Notes: generated from the letters alone by a model not told the origin. A stretch of DNA of 64,000 bases from Blastocatellia bacterium (GCA_963804815.1 CAWDRU010000002.1:450754-514753); one strand, 5' to 3'. Numbered from the stretch's first letter, positions 39,780 through 49,412 are shown. A program made the numbers and translations.

Positions 39780-40313
39780 ATGAAGATTGAAGGTATCATC
39801 TGGTTGCAGGAAATTGTCGATAAACTTGCCTTAAAACACCATGTTGAACCCGATGAAGTCGAGGAAGTATTTGATAAGAAACCTAAGATTCGATTCGTTG
39901 AGAAAGGCGAGCGAAAAGGCGAGAATGTTTATCTGGCTTTGGGACAAACGGATGCAGGCAGATACCTGTCCGTGCTTTTTATATACAAGAAAACGAAAGA
40001 GGCATTGATAATGAGCGCCAGAGACATGGCAGACAAAGAAAGAAGGCAATATGGCAAAAGTAAATCTTCAACCTTGCCGAAGTTTGAATCGCTTGATGAA
40101 CTCGTGAGCTTCTTCGACACACATGATATGGGCGAGCACTGGGAGCAACTGCCCGAAGCGTCTTTTGATATAAAGATCAAAAGACGAAAGCATCTGGTCG
40201 CCATTGATGAAGAGATCGTTCCGAAACTGAATGAAATCGCGAAGTCCAGAAAGGTATCTTCGGAGAAGCTGATCAATACGTGGTTGAAAGAAAAACTTTC
40301 CAAGGCGAGCTAG
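39780..40313 (+). CDS. fused BrnT-like toxin (DUF497) / BrnA-like antitoxin, as a single ORF
   Basis: The N-terminal roughly 90 aa match BrnT (KHHVEPDEVEEVF ... GRYLSVLFIYKKTKEALIMSARDMADKERRQY). The C-terminal roughly 85 aa match BrnA (LPKFESLDELVSFFDTHDMGEHWEQL ... LVAIDEEIVPKLNEIAKSRKVSSEKLINTWLKEKL). There is no stop codon between the two parts. Confidence 0.6.
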   Translation: MKIEGIIWLQEIVDKLALKHHVEPDEVEEVFDKKPKIRFVEKGERKGENVYLALGQTDAGRYLSVLFIYKKTKEALIMSARDMADKERRQYGKSKSSTLPKFESLDELVSFFDTHDMGEHWEQLPEASFDIKIKRRKHLVAIDEEIVPKLNEIAKSRKVSSEKLINTWLKEKLSKAS

Positions 40314-40330
40314 CCACTTCGAGGGCTACA

Positions 40331-40437
40331 CGCGCGGAGCGATTGACCCGATAGCGGTGTATCGCGCGAGCGATTATCGCAAACGCAAAGCCGAAGAACG
40401 CCCGGCGCAGGCCCAAATAGCCGCCGGGATTGTTTAA
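40331..40437 (+). repeat. right copy of the 107-bp direct repeat flanking the brnTA insertion
   Basis: cgcgcggagcgattgacccgatagcggtgtatcgcgcgagcgattatcgcaaacgcaaagccgaagaacgcccggcgcaggcccaaatagccgccgggattgtttaa. Confidence 0.8.
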
Positions 40438-40498
40438 GAGGTTGTTTTAGACAACCTGTTTTCCATACTAAATTCAGAAGGTTGAATAAATAAATCCG

Positions 40499-43282
40499 AT
40501 GAAGAAAATTGCCTGCCTTTTGGTCGCCTCTTTATGGTTGTTGTCTTCGATTCCAATCAAGATATTTGCGAAGGCAAACAACGACATTAAAGCCGTATCG
40601 CTGCGGTGCGAATATCTGGCCTCGCCGCTTGCAATAGAAACGCGCGAGCCGCGTCTCAGCTGGACGATTGAAAGCGCGACGCGCGGTGCAAAGCAGACTG
40701 CCTATCAGATCATCGTCGCAGGCAGCGCAAACGAATTGGCCGCAGGCAGGGGCGATTTGTGGGATACGGGCAAGGTCATTGGAAATCAAACTATTCAAAT
40801 TATTTATAAGGGCAAGCCGCTGTCCTCGCGCCAGGAATGCTTCTGGAAAGTGCGCGCGTGGGATCAAAATAATAATCCTTCGGCGTGGAGCGCGCCCGCG
40901 CGATTCCTGATGGGGCTTATGCAGTCGGGCGATTGGTCGGCAAAATGGATCGGCGACAAACTGCCTTCGGTCGATATTATCTCTGCGACCATGCTGCGTC
41001 GCCCGTTCAAGCTTGACGGAAAAGCGAAACGGGCGATCATTTACGCTTCGGCGCTTGGAGTTTATGAACTTCGGATCAACGGGCAGCGTGTCGGCGATCA
41101 ACTGCTCGCGCCGGAATTCACCGATTATCACGCGCGTACACAGTATCAGGCATACGATGTGACTTCGCTTTTGCGGGCGGGAGATAACGCTATTGGCGCG
41201 ACGGTTGGCGACGGTTGGTATGCGGGCGGCATAGGATTGAGTCAGGCTCTGATAAAAAAACCGCGCAACATTTACGGCAATCATCCACGATTTATCGCGC
41301 AGCTTGAAATCGAACTGGCCGACGGAAAGAAAAATCAAATTGTAACTGACGCTTCATGGCGGGTGACGCGCGAAGGGCCGATTCTCAGTTCCGACATCCT
41401 GAACGGCGAAGCCTACGACGCGCGCCGCGAGATGTCCGGATGGGACGCGCCCGGCTATGACGATAAAGCGTGGCAGGCGGCGGATACGGCGGAAAACATC
41501 AGCACGAAACTGGTCGCGCAACCGAATGAACCCATTCGCATAACCAGAGAGATCAAACCGATTTCAGTCAGCGAACCGAAGCCCGGCGTTTATGTTTTCG
41601 ATATGGGGCAGAACATGGTCGGCTGGTGTCGCTTGAAAACACAATCTGCGGCAGGAGCTACTGTGCAGCTGCGCCATGCAGAGATGCTCAACCCTGACGG
41701 CACGATCTACACAGACAACCTTCGCATTGCAAAGCAGACCGATACCTACACGACTCGCGGCGACCGAAACGAAATCTTCGAGCCGCATTTCACTTATCAC
41801 GGTTTCCGTTACGTCGAAGTCACAGGGCTTCGAGCCAAACCGCAAATCGACGCGCTCACAGGCCGAGTCTTCAACTCTGCTATGACTGAAACCGGCAGCT
41901 TCACCTCTTCAGATGCCACGCTAAACAAACTCTGGCAGAACATACTATGGACGCAGCGCGGCAATATGCACAGCATCCCAACCGATTGCCCGCAGCGAGA
42001 CGAGCGATTGGGCTGGATGGGCGACATCCAGATTTTTGTCGGCACAGGCATATTCAACATGGACATGGCCGCGTTCTTCACAAAGTGGATGCGTGACGTG
42101 CGCGACGCGCAGGCCGAAGACGGGCGCTTCGCCGATTTCTCGCCTCACCCGTTCGGCAAAGACAGATTCTTTACAGGCGTGCCCGGCTGGGGCGATGCGG
42201 GGCTGGTCGTGCCCTGGCGCGTGTGGCAACACTATGGCGATAAACGATTGCTGGCCGAGAGCTTTGAATCGGCAAAACGATGGGTCGAGTTTATTCGCGG
42301 CAACAATCCCGATCTGCTTTGGAAGAACAAACGCGGCAACGACTACGGCGACTGGCTGAATTCGGATACGCTTGTCTACGAAGGCTTTCCCCGAAAGGGC
42401 GGTCAGGTTCCAAAAGAGATATTTGCTACGATGATGTTTGCTTATGCTACGGACCTGCTCTCGCGAATGAGCGTAGTGTTAAGCCGTGATGATGATGCGA
42501 AAAAGTACGCTGCGCTGTTTGATGACATCAAGGCGGCTTTCAACAAAGCTTATGTCAGCACTGACGGCCACATACAAGGCGACACGCAGGCTGGTTACGC
42601 GCTGGCTCTGCACTTCGAGCTGTTGCCGGAAAAACTGCGCCCGCTGGCTTTCAAATATATGCTTGACGGGATCGCACGCTACAACGGACATATGTCAACA
42701 GGCTTTCACTCTACGTATCGCATGATGCTTGAATTGACGCACGCGGGTCATAATGAAGTGGCTTATGACCTGATCAACAATCGCACGTTTCCGTCGTGGG
42801 GTTATTCGATTGAAAACGGAGCGACGACGATCTGGGAGCGATGGGATGGATACGTAAAGGGTCGCGGCTTTCAGGATAAAGGGATGAACTCGTTCAATCA
42901 TTACGCAATCGGCGCGGTAGGCGAATGGATGTATCGAGTCATACTTGGCATCAACGACGATGACGCGCATCCGGCTTACGAGCATTTTACGCTGCGCCCG
43001 CATCCGGGCGGCGGACTCAAATGGGCGCGGGGGTATTATGATTCGATTCGTGGGCGCATCGAATCGAGTTGGAGCGCTGCGGCGGAAGGCCGTCTGAAAT
43101 TCGACGTGACGATTCCGGCCAACACAACGGCTACGGTTTATGTGCCTGCCAAAGATGCGGCGAGCGTGATGGAAAGCGGAAAGCCTGCGAGCGCATCTTC
43201 GGGCGTGCAGTTTGTGCGAATGGAAGAAGGCGCGGCTGTCTTTGTTGTGCAATCGGGGAAATACAGCTTCGAGACGCGATGA
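40499..43282 (+). CDS. alpha-L-rhamnosidase, glycoside hydrolase family 78
   Basis: 927 aa with a signal peptide. GH78 architecture: N-terminal beta-sandwich domains, an (alpha/alpha)6 catalytic domain (...DCPQRDERLGWMGD...), and a C-terminal beta domain. Confidence 0.9.
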   Translation: MKKIACLLVASLWLLSSIPIKIFAKANNDIKAVSLRCEYLASPLAIETREPRLSWTIESATRGAKQTAYQIIVAGSANELAAGRGDLWDTGKVIGNQTIQIIYKGKPLSSRQECFWKVRAWDQNNNPSAWSAPARFLMGLMQSGDWSAKWIGDKLPSVDIISATMLRRPFKLDGKAKRAIIYASALGVYELRINGQRVGDQLLAPEFTDYHARTQYQAYDVTSLLRAGDNAIGATVGDGWYAGGIGLSQALIKKPRNIYGNHPRFIAQLEIELADGKKNQIVTDASWRVTREGPILSSDILNGEAYDARREMSGWDAPGYDDKAWQAADTAENISTKLVAQPNEPIRITREIKPISVSEPKPGVYVFDMGQNMVGWCRLKTQSAAGATVQLRHAEMLNPDGTIYTDNLRIAKQTDTYTTRGDRNEIFEPHFTYHGFRYVEVTGLRAKPQIDALTGRVFNSAMTETGSFTSSDATLNKLWQNILWTQRGNMHSIPTDCPQRDERLGWMGDIQIFVGTGIFNMDMAAFFTKWMRDVRDAQAEDGRFADFSPHPFGKDRFFTGVPGWGDAGLVVPWRVWQHYGDKRLLAESFESAKRWVEFIRGNNPDLLWKNKRGNDYGDWLNSDTLVYEGFPRKGGQVPKEIFATMMFAYATDLLSRMSVVLSRDDDAKKYAALFDDIKAAFNKAYVSTDGHIQGDTQAGYALALHFELLPEKLRPLAFKYMLDGIARYNGHMSTGFHSTYRMMLELTHAGHNEVAYDLINNRTFPSWGYSIENGATTIWERWDGYVKGRGFQDKGMNSFNHYAIGAVGEWMYRVILGINDDDAHPAYEHFTLRPHPGGGLKWARGYYDSIRGRIESSWSAAAEGRLKFDVTIPANTTATVYVPAKDAASVMESGKPASASSGVQFVRMEEGAAVFVVQSGKYSFETR

Positions 43283-43291
43283 CGAAAACGA

Positions 43292-44797
43292 ATGCGCCAT
43301 TTTATACGGATGAACGACCCTCTATACATCGCGGTTGATCTGGGCGCAGGCAGCGGGCGAGTGTTTCTGGCAGGAGTGACGCCGGGCCAGTTTCTGCTTG
43401 AAGAAGCGCACAGGTTTCATTATCCGCCGAGCCGTTCAGCCGGGCATCTTCGATGGAATTTCCCGAAAATTTTTCAGGAGATAAAAACGGGCCTGCGTCT
43501 GGCAGCCGAGCGCGCGCACACTCTCAACCGACCGATTCAAAGCATCGGTGTTGATAGCTGGGCCGTTGATTACGGATTGATAGACGAGGATGGAAAGCTC
43601 GTCGAGCATCCCGTCTGCTACAGAGACGAACGAACTCAGGCAGTGATGGAAGCGGTCTTTGCGCGCATCCCGCGTGAAGAAATATTCGAGCGCACTGGCA
43701 TTCAGTTTCAGATTTTTAACACTCTATTTCAACTCTACGCTCACGCGCAGGAGGGGATACCCGGCGCTCGGTCACGGCTTCTGCTGATTCCTGATCTGAT
43801 TAATTTTTTTCTCACGGGCAGGGCCGTCACAGAGTATACGAACGCCACTACGACTCAACTTGTAAACGCAAAGAGCCGAACGTGGGATTGTGAATTGATA
43901 GACCGCCCCGGATTGCCGTTCGATCTGCTGACTGAAATCGTTTCGGCAGGCACAGATCTCGGCTCCGTCAAAGCGCCACTTGCCGATGAACTTTATCTGG
44001 AAGGCGCGCGAGTCATAGCGACGGCTACGCACGACACGGCAAGCGCTGTCGCGGGCGCGCCGCTCAAAGACGGGTGGGCTTATATATCTTCGGGCACATG
44101 GTCGCTGGTCGGCGTGGAGCGTGACAGCGCGTTCATCAACAGTGATGTCGCGCGCCATAACTTCACCAATGAAGGCGGCGCGTTCGGCACGATTCGATTT
44201 CTCAAAAACGTGACGGGGCTATGGATTCTGGAATCGTGCCGCAGAGAATGGATTGAACGCGGACTGGATTACGACTACACGGCGCTGCTTGGTCAGGTAG
44301 AAACTGTTGACGGTTATCGCGCGTTGATCTTTCCAGATGACCCGCGCTTCTTCAATCCGCCGAGCATGCTCCGTGCGATAGCCGAACAACTTGCCGAAAG
44401 CGGTCAGAGCGCAACAATGGAGCCGCCAGTGATAACTAAAATGATAGTTGATTCGCTGGCTTTTCGTTATGCGTCTGTTCTTCGCACAATCGAATCGGTG
44501 ACGAATCGGAATATCAACGGCGTGCATATCATCGGCGGCGGCAGTCGTAATGATTATCTCAATCAGATGACGGCGACGGCGACGGGTAAGCCTGTGCTCG
44601 CAGGCCCTGTGGAAGCAACTGTTATCGGAAATGTGCTCGTTCAGGCAATAGCCGCAGGACGATTTGTATCTTTGCCGGAGGCGCGCGAATATGTAGCTCG
44701 AAATGTAGAGCTTCAGAGATTCAATCCGCGCCCGTCTCCTGAGAGTGAAGAGGCGGCCCATCGTTACGAGATGATCGAAGCGCGGTTTTCGAGGTGA
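43292..44797 (+). CDS. rhaB: rhamnulokinase (FGGY carbohydrate kinase family)
   Basis: FGGY N-terminal motif IAVDLGAGSGRV and C-terminal GGGSRN. An alternative start is the ATG at 43310. Confidence 0.85.
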   Translation: MRHFIRMNDPLYIAVDLGAGSGRVFLAGVTPGQFLLEEAHRFHYPPSRSAGHLRWNFPKIFQEIKTGLRLAAERAHTLNRPIQSIGVDSWAVDYGLIDEDGKLVEHPVCYRDERTQAVMEAVFARIPREEIFERTGIQFQIFNTLFQLYAHAQEGIPGARSRLLLIPDLINFFLTGRAVTEYTNATTTQLVNAKSRTWDCELIDRPGLPFDLLTEIVSAGTDLGSVKAPLADELYLEGARVIATATHDTASAVAGAPLKDGWAYISSGTWSLVGVERDSAFINSDVARHNFTNEGGAFGTIRFLKNVTGLWILESCRREWIERGLDYDYTALLGQVETVDGYRALIFPDDPRFFNPPSMLRAIAEQLAESGQSATMEPPVITKMIVDSLAFRYASVLRTIESVTNRNINGVHIIGGGSRNDYLNQMTATATGKPVLAGPVEATVIGNVLVQAIAAGRFVSLPEAREYVARNVELQRFNPRPSPESEEAAHRYEMIEARFSR

Positions 44798-46317
44798 AGT
44801 TTGTGACTGAAAGCGTTCTGCTGCACGCGGTCAATATCACTAAATCTTATGCCGGAGCGCGTGCGCTCGATGCCGCTTCCTTCGAGTTGCGCGCAGGCGA
44901 AGTGCACGCGCTGATCGGCGAAAACGGAGCGGGGAAGTCTACGCTGATCAGGATCATCACGGGCGCGGTTGAGGCCGACAGCGGCGAAATCAGGTTGAAC
45001 GGACAAACCATCACGCACAATTCGCCGCGCCTTGCGAAATCGCTTGGCATCGCCGCGATCTATCAGCAACCGGCGCTCTTTGCTGAACTCACTGTCGCAG
45101 AAAATATCGCGCTTGGCATTGAACCACAGGGTTTATGGAAGCGCGTCAACTGGAAGGCGCGCCATAGTAAAGTCCGCGATCTGCTCGATCAGGTTGGCGC
45201 GAATATTGATACGACTGCTCTGGCGTGCGACCTGACGATGCCGCAGCAACAACTGGTCGAAATCGCGCGCGCTCTCGGAGCCGACGCTAAAGTTCTAATA
45301 ATGGACGAGCCGACGGCTTCGCTCTCCGAAGCAGACACGCAGAATCTCTTCAGCGTGATTCGCAAACTCCGCGCGCAGTCTGTCGGCATCATCTATATTT
45401 CACATCGTCTGGAAGAACTCGCTTTGATCGCCGACCGCGTGACGGTGTTGCGCGACGGGGCAACGATTGACACGCGACAGATGTCAGCAGTGGATCGACA
45501 TGAGTTGATTCGCTTGATGGTCGGGCGCGAGTTGTCGGCGGTATTCCCCAAAAGAGCAGTCGAGCTGGGCGAAACGGTTTTAGAACTTCGCCATCTCTGT
45601 TCGCGCGCCGCGAGTGTGAGCGATATAAATCTGACTGTGCGCGCAGGCGAGATCGTGGGCCTTGCCGGTCTTGTAGGCGCAGGGCGCACGGAACTTGCTC
45701 GAACGATTTTCGGATTGACCCCTGCGGATGCAGGCCAGATTTTATTACGCGGCGAAACGATCAACATCAACAGTCCTGCCGATGCAATCAAACGCGGCAT
45801 CGCTTACCTGCCCGAAGACCGCCGCCGTTACGGCGTGATTTTAGAGATGCCCGTCAGCGCAAACATCAGCCTTGCATCGCTCGATCAACTATCACGATTC
45901 GGCGTGATGGATTTCCGGCGCGAAAAAGAGATCGCCGCAGACTACACACGGCGACTGGGCATCAAGACGCCCGCGATTTTCTCTGCGGCTGCGACGCTTT
46001 CAGGCGGCAATCAGCAAAAAGTGGCTTTAAGTCGCTGGCTTGCTATCGAACCGTCGGTGCTGATTTTAGATGAGCCGACGCAGGGAATTGATGTCGGCGC
46101 GAAGTCCGAAATTCATGCGTTGATGGGGAAACTGGCCGCAAAAGGCGTAGCGATTCTGATGATCTCGTCTGAGTTGCCGGAGGTTTTAGGGATGAGCGAC
46201 CGCATAGCCGTTATGCGCAACAAAACGATTGCCGGAATACTGGAGCGAGAGAATGCCACACAACAAAATATCCTTGCGCTTGCCCTCTATGATGCGAGCG
46301 CGACACCACGGCAGTAA
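44794..46317 (+). CDS. sugar ABC transporter ATP-binding protein with tandem ABC domains (RhaT-like)
   Basis: Two Walker A motifs (GENGAGKST; GLVGAGRTE) and two signature motifs (LSGGNQQKV). Typical of CUT2 monosaccharide importers. Confidence 0.9.
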   Translation: MKFVTESVLLHAVNITKSYAGARALDAASFELRAGEVHALIGENGAGKSTLIRIITGAVEADSGEIRLNGQTITHNSPRLAKSLGIAAIYQQPALFAELTVAENIALGIEPQGLWKRVNWKARHSKVRDLLDQVGANIDTTALACDLTMPQQQLVEIARALGADAKVLIMDEPTASLSEADTQNLFSVIRKLRAQSVGIIYISHRLEELALIADRVTVLRDGATIDTRQMSAVDRHELIRLMVGRELSAVFPKRAVELGETVLELRHLCSRAASVSDINLTVRAGEIVGLAGLVGAGRTELARTIFGLTPADAGQILLRGETININSPADAIKRGIAYLPEDRRRYGVILEMPVSANISLASLDQLSRFGVMDFRREKEIAADYTRRLGIKTPAIFSAAATLSGGNQQKVALSRWLAIEPSVLILDEPTQGIDVGAKSEIHALMGKLAAKGVAILMISSELPEVLGMSDRIAVMRNKTIAGILERENATQQNILALALYDASATPRQ

Positions 46318-46329
46318 GTTCGTAGAAAG

Positions 46330-47298
46330 ATGATTTACAAACGAGAACTATCAGCGGCCCTCGCTTACGCAGGGCTTTTGGCGCTGGTCGCAGTTATTGC
46401 GCCGTCCTTTTTCAGCGCCGCGAACCTGCGCGACATGGCCTTGAACAATGCGCCTGCGTTGATCATCGCCACAGGGATGACGATTGTAATTCTGACCGGG
46501 CAGATTGACATCTCTGTCGGCTCGCAGTTTGCGGTCGCCAGTGTCGCATTGGGCTGGCTGGCAAAGTCAGGCTTGCCCGCGCCTGTGCTGTTGCTTTGCG
46601 CGCTTTTGATCGGCGCGGCAATGGGCGCAGTCAACGGAGTTCTGGCGGGCTATCTACACCTGCCTTCGATCATTGTGACGCTTGCTATGCTGGCGGTATG
46701 GCGCGACCTGTTACGCTGGATAACAGAAGGCGCGTGGGTGCAGGGTCTGCCCGCTGACTTTCAATGGTTCGGCTTAGGGCAGGGCGTGGGGCAATGGCTG
46801 ATCGTCGGGGTTGCGCTATTTGTGCTGATCGGTTTCATCTGGACGCTGCGCAACCTGACGGCAGGACGCGCGATTTATGCAGTCGGTTCTGACAACGAAG
46901 CCGCGCGGCTGGCAGGCATCGAGCCGCCTCGTATTGTATTTGGCGTGTTCGTATTGATGGGCGCGCTCACAGGGCTTGCGGCGTTGCTCAATGCCGCGCG
47001 GTTTTCTGTCGTGCCGGGCAATGCAGGGTTGGGTCTTGAATTGAAAGCGATTGCAGCGGTTGTGGTCGGCGGGGCAGCGATCACAGGCGGGCGCGGCACG
47101 CTCGTCGGCACGCTCATCGGCGTAATGATGCTGGGCACAATCGGCACGGCGCTGACCTTTCTGGGGATAAATCCATTCTGGGAGCGGAGCATTCAAGGGG
47201 CGATCATACTGGCCGCGCTGGTTTCAGATGTTGCGCTGGGACGCATTGAACGAGTGCGGATTTCAGATTCCGGTTTGCAGACTGAGAGAGCCAGATGA
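46330..47298 (+). CDS. sugar ABC transporter permease (RhaP-like)
   Basis: 322 aa. About 10 TM helices. Branched-chain/monosaccharide (CUT2) permease family. Confidence 0.85.
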   Translation: MIYKRELSAALAYAGLLALVAVIAPSFFSAANLRDMALNNAPALIIATGMTIVILTGQIDISVGSQFAVASVALGWLAKSGLPAPVLLLCALLIGAAMGAVNGVLAGYLHLPSIIVTLAMLAVWRDLLRWITEGAWVQGLPADFQWFGLGQGVGQWLIVGVALFVLIGFIWTLRNLTAGRAIYAVGSDNEAARLAGIEPPRIVFGVFVLMGALTGLAALLNAARFSVVPGNAGLGLELKAIAAVVVGGAAITGGRGTLVGTLIGVMMLGTIGTALTFLGINPFWERSIQGAIILAALVSDVALGRIERVRISDSGLQTERAR

Positions 47299-49391
47299 AT
47301 AAGCCCATTCAGCAATCCGAAATCCGCGACCTGCAATTGACAGCCCCCTTGCGCGAACGTCTGTTTCCGAACAACGAATGGATATTGCTGCTCGTGCTTG
47401 CAGCCGAATGCAGCATATTCTCTTTGACCGGAAACAATTTTCTCACTTCGGCCAATGCGTTCGAGGTGACGCGGTTGAGCGCAGAGATAGGATTGCTCGC
47501 GCTTGCGCTTACGCCCGTTATCATAACAGGGGGGATCGATCTTTCGGTCGGCTCGATGATGGGGCTGTCGGCTGTTGTGTTGGGGAGTCTATGGCGCGAC
47601 GCTCACCTGCCGATGCCGCTGGCGATTCTTATCACGTTGCTTATAGGACTGTCAGGCGGCGGTTTGAACGCGCTGATGATCGCACGATTGAAGTTCCCGC
47701 CGCTGATCGTAACGCTGGGGACGTTCTCTCTGTTTCGCGGAATTGCCGAAGGGCTGACGCGCGGCATCGAGAACTATTCGGGGTTTTCATCTGCGTTCCT
47801 GTTTCTGGGGCAGGGCTATGTGGGCGGCGTGATCCCCGCTCAGTTATTTATTTTGATCGCGGCAATCGCTGGCTGCGCAGGTTTGTTACACCTGACAAGC
47901 ATCGGGCGCAGCCTTTACAGTATCGGGTATTCCGCAGAAGGGTCGCGTTATGCGGGCATTCCCGTCGAGCGACGGCTCGTATTGGTTTACGCGCTTGCGG
48001 GGCTTTCGTCGAGCCTCGCGGCTGTAGTTTATGTCGCGCATCTTGGGCAGGCGAAATCGGATGCGGGCACAGGATACGAATTGACTGCAATTACTGCCGT
48101 CGTGCTGGGCGGCGCGTCGATCTTTGGCGGACGCGGCACTGTGCCTGGAACGGTGCTGGGATTATTTGCCATCGTGATTTTGCAGAATGGATTGCGATTG
48201 AGCGCGCAGCCTGCTGAACTGGCCGGGATATTGACGGGCGCGCTGCTGCTCACCCCCATATTGCTTGACCGTTTATCCAGGCACGCAAAGACGCCGCCAC
48301 GCGACGAACTTATTTCAGAGGAGGCCGAGGTGAAGAATTCTCAAGTCGCCATCCTGAGCGCGGTCATTCTGGCCGCTGCATTGATCGTGGCCGGGAGCAA
48401 CTGGTATCTGGCCCGCTCGCTAAAAGATCAATTGAGCCATGCCGCCGTTTTGAACAATTCATCTGCAACCACGACGACTGCCGCGCGCAGAACCGTGATT
48501 GCGATGATGCCGAAAGCGAAAGGCGACCCCTATTTCATCAGTTGCAGGCAGGGAGCCGAAGAAGCGGCAAAGGAACTGGGCGTGGAGTTATTGTGGGATG
48601 GGCCGACCGATCTCGACCCCGCAAAGCAGAACGAAGTGGTCGAAGCGTGGATCACAAGCGGAGTGGATGTGATTGCCGTGAGCGTCGAAAATCAGGTCGC
48701 TATCTCTACAGTGCTTCGCAAGGCGCGCGAGCGCGGCATCCGCGTCCTCAGCTGGGATGCGGATGCTGAGCAGGACGCGCGCGATTTTTTTATCAATCAG
48801 GCGACGGCGCAGGGCATAGGGTACGCGCTCACGGACGAGGCCGCCAGAATCCTCAACAACAAAGGCGAATTTGCCATCATCACAGCCTCTTTGAGCGCAG
48901 GCAATCAGAACGAATGGATCAAACATATCAAGGCGCGGCTTGCAGAAAAGTACCCTGATCTTAAACTCGTGGCGATTCAGCCGAGCGAAGGCGACCGCGA
49001 CCGCGCGTTTGCCGAAACACAGACGGTGCTGAAGGTTTATCCACAGGTGAAATTGATTATGGCGATTGCGGCTCCAGCAGTTCCCGGCGCTGCCGAAGCC
49101 GTCAAACAATCGGGCCGCACGGATGTCAAAGTCACCGGACTGTCGCTTCCGAATATGTGCAAGCCTTACGTTCACGACGGCGTGATCGAAAGCATCGTAT
49201 TGTGGGATACGGCCAGTCTCGGTTACCTGACCGTTTATGCCGCGCGCGCGCTGAGCGCCGGAGAACTCAAACCGGGCGACCGTCAGATTCAGGCCGGGCG
49301 ACTCGGCAAAATCGAGGTGCAAAACAGCGAAGTGATGCTCGGCGCTCCGTTTATCTTCAACAAGAGCAATATCGACCGATTCAATTTTTAA
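47295..49391 (+). CDS. fusion protein: CUT2 ABC permease (RhaQ-like), an extra TM anchor, then a periplasmic rhamnose-binding protein (RhaS-like)
   Basis: Residues 1-330 are a permease. An additional hydrophobic helix VAILSAVILAAALIVAGSNWYL follows. Residues 370-698 are a periplasmic binding protein type 1 fold (RTVIAMMPKAKGDPYF ... SWDADAE ... rhamnose-binding-protein-like). Confidence 0.8.
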   Translation: MNKPIQQSEIRDLQLTAPLRERLFPNNEWILLLVLAAECSIFSLTGNNFLTSANAFEVTRLSAEIGLLALALTPVIITGGIDLSVGSMMGLSAVVLGSLWRDAHLPMPLAILITLLIGLSGGGLNALMIARLKFPPLIVTLGTFSLFRGIAEGLTRGIENYSGFSSAFLFLGQGYVGGVIPAQLFILIAAIAGCAGLLHLTSIGRSLYSIGYSAEGSRYAGIPVERRLVLVYALAGLSSSLAAVVYVAHLGQAKSDAGTGYELTAITAVVLGGASIFGGRGTVPGTVLGLFAIVILQNGLRLSAQPAELAGILTGALLLTPILLDRLSRHAKTPPRDELISEEAEVKNSQVAILSAVILAAALIVAGSNWYLARSLKDQLSHAAVLNNSSATTTTAARRTVIAMMPKAKGDPYFISCRQGAEEAAKELGVELLWDGPTDLDPAKQNEVVEAWITSGVDVIAVSVENQVAISTVLRKARERGIRVLSWDADAEQDARDFFINQATAQGIGYALTDEAARILNNKGEFAIITASLSAGNQNEWIKHIKARLAEKYPDLKLVAIQPSEGDRDRAFAETQTVLKVYPQVKLIMAIAAPAVPGAAEAVKQSGRTDVKVTGLSLPNMCKPYVHDGVIESIVLWDTASLGYLTVYAARALSAGELKPGDRQIQAGRLGKIEVQNSEVMLGAPFIFNKSNIDRFNF

Positions 49392-49412
49392 CCCACTCGC
49401 CCTTCGCAGGCG

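Noticed and set aside
40532-41338. 268-aa minus-strand ORF antisense to the rhamnosidase gene
   Set aside because: Arg-rich shadow frame with no independent evidence.
48588-49322. 244-aa minus-strand ORF antisense to the RhaS-like domain
   Set aside because: Shadow frame. The sense strand encodes a clear periplasmic binding-protein fold.
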